From the IMG/VR virus record IMGVR_UViG_3300006904_000002: DNA of 43,063 nt. One strand, 5' to 3'. Positions 25,692 to 32,819 of this stretch are shown here, one piece after another. Under the pieces are notes generated by a model. It ran no database searches. It was given only the letters and a program-made list of their open reading frames with translations, and was not told the origin of the DNA. Position 1 is the stretch's first letter; the number at the start of each line of letters is the position of its first letter. This DNA comes from a virus. A program made the position numbers and the translations under genes.

Positions 25692-26348
25692 CTAGTCTAT
25701 ATATCTACGCATACTTTCTGATGTGAATACTTCTCTATTACTATCCAGTAAGGAACCTATATAAGTTTCTATAGCAGGAATACAACTATAACCCTTACCA
25801 CAATACTTAATGATCCTATTAAAAGTAGACACAGGATAACTAAGTTTGAGAAGACTACATACTTTCTTCTTCACTGATCTAATAGCTTGTCTACTTGTCC
25901 ATAGATATTCACCATCGGTACAAAAGTAAGTTGGAGATAGATCAAACGTACTAAGTAATTCTTCTGGACTGGAATAGAAATGTTCTGTGATTAGTTGAAC
26001 TTTGTATATAAACGTCTCTCTTCCTGATCCTTCTTTTACAAATCCATTAAATGTTTTAACTATCTTCTCATAAGTATAAAGCTTACCTTCTGGACATTGA
26101 TAAGTTAGTTTGAATCCTAATTCCTCTAACTTATACTTTGTGCTAACAATACCATTTTCCATTGATATTTTATTTCTACTAAAGAACAAATCATAATCAC
26201 ATATAGTTTCATTCTGATCTATCAATGTTCTTAATGCACCACCGGCTAACCAAGTATTATGATTTACTATTCCTTGTTCAAGAATCCATGCAATCTTATT
26301 TATTCTAGCAGGATCAAGATTTATTAGTTTTACTAGAAGCATAGTCAT
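25692..26348 (-). CDS. Pol-beta-superfamily nucleotidyltransferase (CCA-adding / poly(A)-polymerase head-like)
   Basis: LAGGALRTLIDQNETICDYDLFF matches GGxxR...DxD. The later STFDLSPTYFC recalls the RDFTxNA position. Confidence 0.45.
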   Translation of the reverse strand: MTMLLVKLINLDPARINKIAWILEQGIVNHNTWLAGGALRTLIDQNETICDYDLFFSRNKISMENGIVSTKYKLEELGFKLTYQCPEGKLYTYEKIVKTFNGFVKEGSGRETFIYKVQLITEHFYSSPEELLSTFDLSPTYFCTDGEYLWTSRQAIRSVKKKVCSLLKLSYPVSTFNRIIKYCGKGYSCIPAIETYIGSLLDSNREVFTSESMRRYID

Positions 26349-26421
26349 ATCCTTTCTTATAACCGATTATAAATCCAACACTAAAGAATAGTAAGAAAAA
26401 GAACATTATAATTAAATCCAT
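26314..26421 (-). CDS. Tiny membrane peptide (35 aa; below the track cutoff)
   Basis: GGAGA lies 4-5 nt upstream of ATG 26421. Sequence begins MDLIIMFFFLLFFSVGFIIGYKKGYDY... It overlaps the start of the next gene. Confidence 0.4.
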   Translation of the reverse strand: MDLIIMFFFLLFFSVGFIIGYKKGYDYASSKTNKS

Positions 26422-26445
26422 ACTATCTCCAAATAAATAGGGGTG

Positions 26446-26937
26446 TCAAACCCTACCTCTAAAATTTAGTTTAGTTATTTCAGTTTGTAAATCTTCTAAT
26501 TTTAATAACTCTAAAGCTGTATATCTAATATACCAATGTCCTGTTTTATCCTTACCTAAAACAGTTAAAGCATACTCTATTACTATTTCTGCCTGTCTTT
26601 TCTTTACTCGCAGATAAGGTAGCAGCACACTAGCAAATAGCAAACATTGTCTAGACTGGATAGTAATTACAGCAACATCCTTTCTGTTAGTTAGGTGTTG
26701 ATTATCGCGTATTCTAAAAGATCCTATACAACCAATAGAATTATGTAACCATTTTATAATCTCCTTATCACACATAGCTATTGTAAAGGATGCAGCCTTT
26801 TTATTATTTCCTTTTTTAGTTAAACTGAAACAACCTTCTCCATCAACTAAACCAGCTATATAGGCTTTATCTATCTCAGATAACGTGGTGATAGGATGAC
26901 TGTCATCTATATCGAAATCTAAATTATTTATTATCAT
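26446..26937 (-). CDS. LAGLIDADG homing endonuclease (free-standing)
   Basis: KAYIAGLVDGEGCFSL motif; about 160 aa, single-motif size. Confidence 0.85.
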   Translation of the reverse strand: MIINNLDFDIDDSHPITTLSEIDKAYIAGLVDGEGCFSLTKKGNNKKAASFTIAMCDKEIIKWLHNSIGCIGSFRIRDNQHLTNRKDVAVITIQSRQCLLFASVLLPYLRVKKRQAEIVIEYALTVLGKDKTGHWYIRYTALELLKLEDLQTEITKLNFRGRV

Positions 26938-26945
26938 AAAAAGTT

Positions 26946-26986
26946 AGGGATGTGTGTAATCCCAGTTGAAACCATCACACATCCCT
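26946..26986 (-). terminator. Intrinsic terminator (11-bp perfect stem plus T-run) abutting the LAGLIDADG start codon
   Basis: AGGGATGTGTG-19 nt-CACACATCCCT. On the minus strand it is followed by AACTTTTT and then ATG 26937. Confidence 0.6.
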
Positions 26987-27055
26987 TTAATAAAAGCTAG
27001 TAAATAAATTAAGATTAGTAAGTACCATCTTAATCTTTTATATGTTTTAACTATA

Positions 27056-28063
27056 TTAGCGAAATAGATCAGCCGGATCAAAGTTCTCCTGCTTAGTCTC
27101 TTCAGTAGGTTCAGTTGACTTAGTTTTCTTAGGCTTAACAACCTTCTCTTTCTTAGGCTTAGGAGTAGGATCTTTCTTAGCCAAGAAATACAAACTATCT
27201 GGATTCTCACCTCTAGCAATCTGCCAAGACTTCTTACCAATGAACACTTCGATCAATGCACGAATATCATCAGCCAATGTTTCATCTTCAAGGATAGCTT
27301 TCCAGTTCTTAGGAGTAAGTTCATCAGCAGAAGCAGGAACACTATTTCTAGCCTGTCTGACAGTAATCTTATTGCCACCACCAGCAAGCCTAGCTTCAAG
27401 AGACATCTTTTCAATAGCCTCTTTCATCTGCTTCTGTGATTCCTCATCATAAACCTTAATAAGGCCAGCACCTACAGGAGCTTTCTTTCCATAGGCTTTA
27501 ACAAGTTGCAAAGCAGCAGTCAAACCAAGCTCACCTTTATCCATAAGATCATGGACAAACCTAGGCAGTTCTCCTGCCATAATAATATTACCAACCTGAG
27601 TAGTTGACAATCCAACCACCTCACTAAGTTTCTCTTTACTAATACCCTTCTGCAAGGCTTTCTTAAAAGCATGAGCAGATTCAAGGACAGTATTCTCTGA
27701 CCTAGCCAAGTTCTCACTAAGTTCAAGTTCGATACTCAGATCAACACTAGGATCATGAGTAATAACAGGAACTTCAGGAAGTCCAAGAGCAAGAGCAGCT
27801 TTAAGCCTCTGTCTACCAGCAACTACAACTTCACCAACTCCTTCAACATCAGTGATAAACAAAGGAGTGTGGACATAACCAGTACTCTTAACCTTATTGA
27901 TAAATGCTGTATCTGTAGGACGATCAGCACGCTTATCGTAATAAGATTCAACATCAGCTACCTTATCAGGATAGGCTTTCATCCACGCACTATTGATAAG
28001 AATGAGATGCCTAGGATCACGTGTTTCAAGTTGACGATTCGTAAATGTTTTATTCATTTCCAC
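27056..28063 (-). CDS. ParB N-terminal-domain (ParB/Srx-like) protein with a Lys-rich tail
   Basis: VVVAGRQRLKAALALGLPEVPV (ParB box). HTH-like STTQVGNIIMAGELP. C-terminal KPKKEKVVKPKKTK. Confidence 0.6.
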   Translation of the reverse strand: MEMNKTFTNRQLETRDPRHLILINSAWMKAYPDKVADVESYYDKRADRPTDTAFINKVKSTGYVHTPLFITDVEGVGEVVVAGRQRLKAALALGLPEVPVITHDPSVDLSIELELSENLARSENTVLESAHAFKKALQKGISKEKLSEVVGLSTTQVGNIIMAGELPRFVHDLMDKGELGLTAALQLVKAYGKKAPVGAGLIKVYDEESQKQMKEAIEKMSLEARLAGGGNKITVRQARNSVPASADELTPKNWKAILEDETLADDIRALIEVFIGKKSWQIARGENPDSLYFLAKKDPTPKPKKEKVVKPKKTKSTEPTEETKQENFDPADLFR

Positions 28064-28067
28064 GATG

Positions 28068-28547
28068 TTATATTCCTCTTATTTTATATTGTTTATTTAA
28101 ATCTTTAATCTCATTAAACAGTTTTTCCTGTGTGAATGGATTAAAAACATAACCTGCTCTTCCGAGTTTATTATAAGTGATAAGTAGTAATAAATTAAGT
28201 GAAACAATCGCTTGAACTCTTTTAAGTTTAAGAAATGGAATAACTTTTGCCAAGATAATTATTAAATTACTTGACCAAAAATGAATTACATACTTATCAT
28301 TTCCGTTTGATGAATTATATATCTTGTAACTAATTCCTGTCAAGGAAGAAATATAAGGTACTATAATATCATCACTTGTTTCTATTGAAAGTCTTATATT
28401 AAAGTGATCTTTGTTTTTAGTAGCTATAAAACTTCCTTCCCCATCTACTATACCAGCAATGTAACTTAAGTCAATATCAGAGATAGTAAATACTTTTGAA
28501 TCTTTATTTAGATCAAAGTATTGTAATATATGGGGAAAATCATACAT
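28068..28547 (-). CDS. LAGLIDADG homing endonuclease (free-standing)
   Basis: LSYIAGIVDGEGSF motif. The stop lies 4 nt from the ParB-like start. Confidence 0.85.
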   Translation of the reverse strand: MYDFPHILQYFDLNKDSKVFTISDIDLSYIAGIVDGEGSFIATKNKDHFNIRLSIETSDDIIVPYISSLTGISYKIYNSSNGNDKYVIHFWSSNLIIILAKVIPFLKLKRVQAIVSLNLLLLITYNKLGRAGYVFNPFTQEKLFNEIKDLNKQYKIRGI

Positions 28548-28569
28548 ACTAACTAAATTCCTTTTCTAT

Positions 28570-28968
28570 TTAAAACAATTTGTTTGCTATGTATTTCCAT
28601 TCTCCATATGATTGTCCACTTCCATCTGTTATAGTAAGTGTCCATCTATAGAATACTATATCTTTCTTTCCTTCAGCTTTGAAGGCTAATATCTTTATAT
28701 ACCTACTAGGTAGATTTGTCAAGTCCTTTACTGATTTATTTTTCATTACTGTCTGTACTAATTCATTAGTAATTACTGTCTTCTCAGTACTCTTACACTG
28801 GAATAGATAAACATCATTCCATCCCATAGCTACTACATCAGCTAATCCTTTACTACCAGCACTTCTAATTACTAATGGAAAACCTATCTCTCTTAGCTTA
28901 TTAGCTAGATCATTCTCCCATTGTATTCCTTTCTTCTTGAATCTATTACCTTTATTCATAATCACCAT
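28570..28968 (-). CDS. PD-(D/E)xK nuclease, Hjc/archaeal-Holliday-junction-resolvase-like
   Basis: GIQWENDLANKLREIGFPLVIRSAGSKGLADVVAMGWNDVYLFQCKST shows the E...D...(E/Q)xK layout. Confidence 0.45.
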   Translation of the reverse strand: MVIMNKGNRFKKKGIQWENDLANKLREIGFPLVIRSAGSKGLADVVAMGWNDVYLFQCKSTEKTVITNELVQTVMKNKSVKDLTNLPSRYIKILAFKAEGKKDIVFYRWTLTITDGSGQSYGEWKYIANKLF

Positions 28969-29263
28969 CTGCTGTTATTGTATAATCTTCCTCATCATCT
29001 TCACCAACAAACTTGTTAAACTCATCTCCCAAAAGTCCAGTAAGTATAAATTCTCTTTCATCTATTGTCAAGTTAGGAAATGCATTTTGTATTAATGTTC
29101 CATCTCTCCATGCAAAGTATTGTTCTTTGGTGATTGAAAGAATCAATTCATTAGTTTCACCACTATATGGAGATGTTCTAATTACTCTACAACTAGCAAC
29201 ATGATTGTTATCGTTAAATTCAAATCCACTATACTTATTTCCAATCTCATATTCAATCTTCAT
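28952..29263 (-). CDS. Hypothetical protein (103 aa, acidic C-terminus)
   Basis: ORF in the track. Confidence 0.55.
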   Translation of the reverse strand: MKIEYEIGNKYSGFEFNDNNHVASCRVIRTSPYSGETNELILSITKEQYFAWRDGTLIQNAFPNLTIDEREFILTGLLGDEFNKFVGEDDEEDYTITADGDYE

Positions 29264-29264
29264 T

Positions 29265-30041
29265 TTACTCCTTCCAACAAGCTAATTTATACGGACAAAA
29301 TTGACATTCTATTTCTTTAGATGATGAATGCTTCCTATTAGGTTGTTTGATAGTATAATTCTTTTTAGTTAATTCAATGACATGAGCAACATCTTTCAAC
29401 ACATTCAATCTATCAGCAATAAAAGCTAGGTCTTTCTCTACCATAATAGGAATATGTATTTTACTTGTATCTCTATTCTTTACGATCAAGTAGAAACAAT
29501 CTATATTATTAGAGAACATATAAGATTGTATTTGACCATACCATATAGGATCAATAATACCATCTTTATACTTACTAAAGTTCTTATCCTTAACTGCTTT
29601 ACATTCTAGTCCATATACTTCTTTATCAGGAGTCATAATAACAGAATCCATATGACTAACTAATTTGAATCCAAGTACTTCTCTAATCTGTTCTCCTTGA
29701 TTCTCAAATATCTTGATCTTCCATCCATCAGGTAATCCAGCATAAATAGATTGCAATATACTAGACTCATGTAGATGACCATCATTAAGGAATGGAGCAT
29801 CACTAAATGACATAGTACCACCATTAAGATAATTAAGAAATACTTTCCTTTCACAGCTATTAAACTCTGATCCATGAAAGTGTATCTCAGGTAGTTCTAT
29901 CCTAATTAAAGTATCTCTTGTAGGATTATCTTCTATCCATTTCCTACATATACTACAAGGAGTACTATTCAGAGTCTTAACTGAATTACCTAGTGCATAT
30001 GACTCAAATAGAATACCATTTATTTTATCTATTTCGATCAT
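29265..30041 (-). CDS. Cas4/RecB-like PD-(D/E)xK exonuclease with a 4-Cys cluster
   Basis: HMDSV...GLECKAV (D, ExK), QIQSYMF (QxxxY), N-terminal CSIC and C-terminal CQFCPYKLAC. Confidence 0.65.
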   Translation of the reverse strand: MIEIDKINGILFESYALGNSVKTLNSTPCSICRKWIEDNPTRDTLIRIELPEIHFHGSEFNSCERKVFLNYLNGGTMSFSDAPFLNDGHLHESSILQSIYAGLPDGWKIKIFENQGEQIREVLGFKLVSHMDSVIMTPDKEVYGLECKAVKDKNFSKYKDGIIDPIWYGQIQSYMFSNNIDCFYLIVKNRDTSKIHIPIMVEKDLAFIADRLNVLKDVAHVIELTKKNYTIKQPNRKHSSSKEIECQFCPYKLACWKE

Positions 30042-30241
30042 TATTTCTCCATAAATAGTTTTCTTTCAATCTCTTCAATACGCTCAACTAATGATTTAAT
30101 AATCCTATCTTGATGATGAATAATACTACTAATTCTGTTATTTATGCAATCAACTTCAAAGTTTTTATCTTTCCTTAACTCTTCGATCTTAGATTCCAGT
30201 AAATCAAAACCTGCTCTAGTCACAAAATCCATATCACTCAT
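30041..30241 (-). CDS. Hypothetical coiled-coil protein (66 aa)
   Basis: ORF in the track; start/stop overlap. Confidence 0.55.
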   Translation of the reverse strand: MSDMDFVTRAGFDLLESKIEELRKDKNFEVDCINNRISSIIHHQDRIIKSLVERIEEIERKLFMEK

Positions 30242-30243
30242 AA

Positions 30244-30471
30244 TTATTTAAACCTATTTTTTACAACTTCTTTTGCTTCTTCAACATCTTTCTCAAACGA
30301 TTTTCTATTTAATTCTAACCATTCTAATTTTTTAGTAGCTAAAAGCATTATGGATTCTGAAAAGTTTTGCCTCTGTTTATATGGGCATTCAGAATTAATA
30401 CCTGCCGCTAAATGGTAAATCATATTATCTTTTTCATTATCAGTCATAACTAAATTATTCCCCCACTTCAT
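30244..30471 (-). CDS. Hypothetical protein (75 aa)
   Basis: ORF in the track. Confidence 0.55.
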   Translation of the reverse strand: MKWGNNLVMTDNEKDNMIYHLAAGINSECPYKQRQNFSESIMLLATKKLEWLELNRKSFEKDVEEAKEVVKNRFK

Positions 30472-30769
30472 ATTTCCAATAACAGTTACATCCTTGCACT
30501 AAATAATCTTGTGCTTTTCCAAAAGGATCAAATCGTTTAGGAGTAGAACGACCATGCTCTAAACTACCTAACCAAAGATTACATATAGCACACAAGATGC
30601 CACGAACAGTATTACAATTATGGCAATGGTCAATCACTGCAATCTCTGTACGATCTTTTGTTGTCTCTGCAATATCTTTATTGCATATCTGACAACTGTG
30701 CCCACATTCCATAAGCATTTCTTTAAATGATTTATAGTTTAAGTTCTTATCTCTAAACTTTGTTCTCAT
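30455..30769 (-). CDS. Recombination endonuclease VII
   Basis: CQICNKD...IDHCHNCNTVRGILCAICNLWLG is the Endo VII zinc / H-N-H-like signature. Confidence 0.75.
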   Translation of the reverse strand: MRTKFRDKNLNYKSFKEMLMECGHSCQICNKDIAETTKDRTEIAVIDHCHNCNTVRGILCAICNLWLGSLEHGRSTPKRFDPFGKAQDYLVQGCNCYWKYEVGE

Positions 30770-30968
30770 TTAGTAGTCTCCATTTATTATAATCTTTAGG
30801 AGACTTAAAGTAATTTTCATTCATTCTAAAAACGTGATTACACTTAGTACACATAATATGTTTAGTAGTGTACCAGTACTCTTTTTTGCATTTATCTGTG
30901 CAAAATAGTTGCCAATCTACCTTTTGGTCAAACTCTTGTTCGCAATTTAAACACTTCTCTTTAATCAT
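30753..30968 (-). CDS. Cys-rich zinc-finger-like protein (71 aa)
   Basis: CLNC...CTDKC...CTKC spacing. Confidence 0.45.
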   Translation of the reverse strand: MIKEKCLNCEQEFDQKVDWQLFCTDKCKKEYWYTTKHIMCTKCNHVFRMNENYFKSPKDYNKWRLLNENKV

Positions 30969-31006
30969 ATATTACCATTAAAACTCTCTAATTATTGATG
31001 TTTTTA

Positions 31007-31174
31007 GCTGTCCATACCGTTACGGCTAGTCTCCGTTAGACGTACAGCAATGGAACCGTTGATGCACGTTACCATACGTCTGACGAATAGGCAAGATCTA
31101 TTTTTCAAGTCTGATGCAAAGCACAGCCCTAATGGGTTTTACATACGTTTACGTATGTTCCTATATAGGGCTAT
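31007..31174. other. G+C-enriched structured non-coding element (candidate ncRNA, processing site or protein-binding site)
   Basis: No ORF longer than 16 codons on either strand. Helices 31035-31044/31075-31084, 31125-31131/31166-31172 and 31141-31148/31151-31158. Four CCGTT(A/G)/ACGTTA repeats. Confidence 0.4.
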
Positions 31175-31194
31175 TTCTAAAGATCAATTCCAAA

Positions 31195-31407
31195 CTAAGT
31201 TATGTTTTCCTTAAACTTAATGTTGATCCTACTCATGAAATCATCTTTATATTCTTTTGTTGTTAGATAGTCTTCAGCGATATTTAATACCTCTGCAATA
31301 TCGTTGCTTCTAAAGAAACATTCATTATCTGAATCTAAATACAATCTATATTCTAGTCCACGTCTAGGATCATCTATACTTGATTGACTTATTGTGATAT
31401 GTCGCAT
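31195..31407 (-). CDS. Hypothetical protein (70 aa)
   Basis: ORF in the track. Confidence 0.55.
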   Translation of the reverse strand: MRHITISQSSIDDPRRGLEYRLYLDSDNECFFRSNDIAEVLNIAEDYLTTKEYKDDFMSRINIKFKENIT

Positions 31408-31622
31408 TCATTCTCCTTAAATTGTCTATTGATCCTATACTCATTTATTCCTGCTGGAAAATATAGGGATTGAGCCAATAACAAATGACTCTCTTTGTCA
31501 ATATAGCATATAGAACTTAATCCAGCAACTTTAAATTCTATATGAGCAACTTTACTTATATCTAGTTTGTCAAGTGTCTTCAGATACTCTCTTCTGTCTA
31601 CGATCACTAATTCTCTATTCAT
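31389..31622 (-). CDS. Hypothetical protein (77 aa)
   Basis: ORF in the track. Confidence 0.55.
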   Translation of the reverse strand: MNRELVIVDRREYLKTLDKLDISKVAHIEFKVAGLSSICYIDKESHLLLAQSLYFPAGINEYRINRQFKENECDISQ

Positions 31623-31628
31623 ATATTT

Positions 31629-31919
31629 TCATTTAATTACATTTTCATTATTCTTGCCAGTGAATACAAATACCCATCCAGATATTGTATGAGCCATAAC
31701 CAACTTACCATAATACTTTTCTGTCCAATCCAAAAACATACACAATCTTTCTGCAGCTAGTTGAGCAATCCTATCATCACTTATTTCAATTCCTGCATTA
31801 GTTAGTGATCTTTCTAAGTCATGCCTATGAAAGATTAGTTTTTTAGCTTGACAAAATACTCTATACTCATAAGGCAATCCTTCACTATCATTACACAAAT
31901 TAACTTCTATTGCTTGCAT
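31629..31919 (-). CDS. Hypothetical protein (96 aa)
   Basis: ORF in the track. Confidence 0.55.
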   Translation of the reverse strand: MQAIEVNLCNDSEGLPYEYRVFCQAKKLIFHRHDLERSLTNAGIEISDDRIAQLAAERLCMFLDWTEKYYGKLVMAHTISGWVFVFTGKNNENVIK

Positions 31920-31927
31920 AGATTCTC

Positions 31928-32167
31928 CTATTTAGACAATCTCTTTTCTAATTGTTCTTGATTTTCTATTTGCAAGATACCATCCACATAATAGATTCTC
32001 TTGCCGACATCTAATTTAAGAAAATACCCAACCAAGTTATGTACAGATACATTCCCATGAATATCTGAGTAATACTCATCTCCTTCGGGCAATCCATATA
32101 CTGTTTTCTTAAAATAGTTTTTGCCAATATCAAATTTAGTTACAGTGTGGACTAATACAGGTTTCAT
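31928..32167 (-). CDS. Hypothetical protein (79 aa)
   Basis: ORF in the track; GAGGGG SD upstream. Confidence 0.55.
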   Translation of the reverse strand: MKPVLVHTVTKFDIGKNYFKKTVYGLPEGDEYYSDIHGNVSVHNLVGYFLKLDVGKRIYYVDGILQIENQEQLEKRLSK

Positions 32168-32177
32168 ATTTACCCCT

Positions 32178-32297
32178 CTATTTCTTGATACTCAATGGAT
32201 TTCTCTTTAGATGTCTAATTATCTTCTTAGCGATCTTGTGCTGATACTTTGATATTTCTTTTCTAGCTTGTTTTATATCTATCTTTTTCTTTTTCAT
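32178..32297 (-). CDS. Possible 39-aa highly basic peptide
   Basis: Hand translation: MKKKKIDIKQARKEISKYQHKIAKKIIRHLKRNPLSIKK. The SD spacing is poor. Confidence 0.25.
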   Translation of the reverse strand: MKKKKIDIKQARKEISKYQHKIAKKIIRHLKRNPLSIKK

Positions 32298-32308
32298 ACT
32301 CCACAGTA

Positions 32309-32395
32309 CTAATTGTTAATACTATAGGCATAGGCTAAAAACATTCCTAATGCCAAGTAAATTATGTACAATGCTTTGTCTACTTTCTTAGTCAT
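32309..32395 (-). CDS. Possible 28-aa membrane peptide
   Basis: ATG lies 3 nt after the upstream stop. Hand translation: MTKKVDKALYIIYLALGMFLAYAYSINN. Confidence 0.3.
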   Translation of the reverse strand: MTKKVDKALYIIYLALGMFLAYAYSINN

Positions 32396-32397
32396 AA

Positions 32398-32676
32398 TTA
32401 GTTTACTCGACAATAAACAAAACCATTATCATCTTCAAATATAGTCAATTCTGTATTTCCTTCCAATTCTGGATAATCATCATAATCTATTTGACCAATG
32501 TCATAAATAGCAACTAATGTTCCATCATCTAGCATTTCATCTCTATCGCAAAAGCCATCTAATGTCATATTCCAGAAATGTACAGCATAATACATTTCTC
32601 CTTCAAATTTACCTGGAGATGTGATAACTCCATTCTCATTTAAATTGTATTGTTCTGATATTTCTTGTTTAGTCAT
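32398..32676 (-). CDS. Strongly acidic early protein (92 aa; 21 D/E vs 4 K/R)
   Basis: ORF in the track; residues counted by hand. Confidence 0.55.
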   Translation of the reverse strand: MTKQEISEQYNLNENGVITSPGKFEGEMYYAVHFWNMTLDGFCDRDEMLDDGTLVAIYDIGQIDYDDYPELEGNTELTIFEDDNGFVYCRVN

Positions 32677-32708
32677 ACTAAATTTCCTTTCTAAACTAAA
32701 TTCTAAAT

Positions 32709-32819
32709 GGGAATGAAAGGTAATGAACCTTAATTAAGACTTTATCTTACATTCCCTTGATCCCTATGCCAGACAGCTAAGGCATATGAAGGTTTATAAA
32801 TAGTCAGGCATAGGGCTAT
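32709..32819. other. Intergenic structured element with mutually exclusive pairings
   Basis: GGGAATG 32709-15 pairs with CATTCCC 32750-56. CCCTATGCC 32762-70 pairs with GGCATAGGG 32807-15. That pairing competes with ATGCC 32766-70 / GGCAT 32781-85. Confidence 0.4.

Noticed and set aside
25611-25703. 12-nt direct repeat CTAGTCTATATA (25611-25622 and 25692-25703) flanking an 80-nt gap, as a possible target-site duplication
   Set aside because: It is a single AT-rich 12-mer pair with no mobile-element cargo between the copies. It could be chance or a shared regulatory word, which is too weak to report.
26944-28108. Track ORFs 26944..27240(-), 27240..27452(+), 27520..27726(-) and 27755..28108(+)
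   Set aside because: All overlap the ParB-like gene or its terminator in other frames or on the other strand. They have odd R/L/S-rich compositions and no ribosome-binding sites.
31077-31120. Hammerhead-ribozyme-like CUGACGA (31080-31086) and CUGAUGC (31111-31117) in the structured island
   Set aside because: The helix following CUGACGA (ATAG...CTAT) is followed by TTTT rather than the obligatory GAAA. The second motif lacks the invariant A9. The core is therefore not satisfied on either strand.
30969-31194. tRNA in the G+C-rich islands (also 35371-35530)
   Set aside because: There is no GTTCRANYC T-loop with a matching 5-bp stem and no acceptor/anticodon arm arrangement on either strand.
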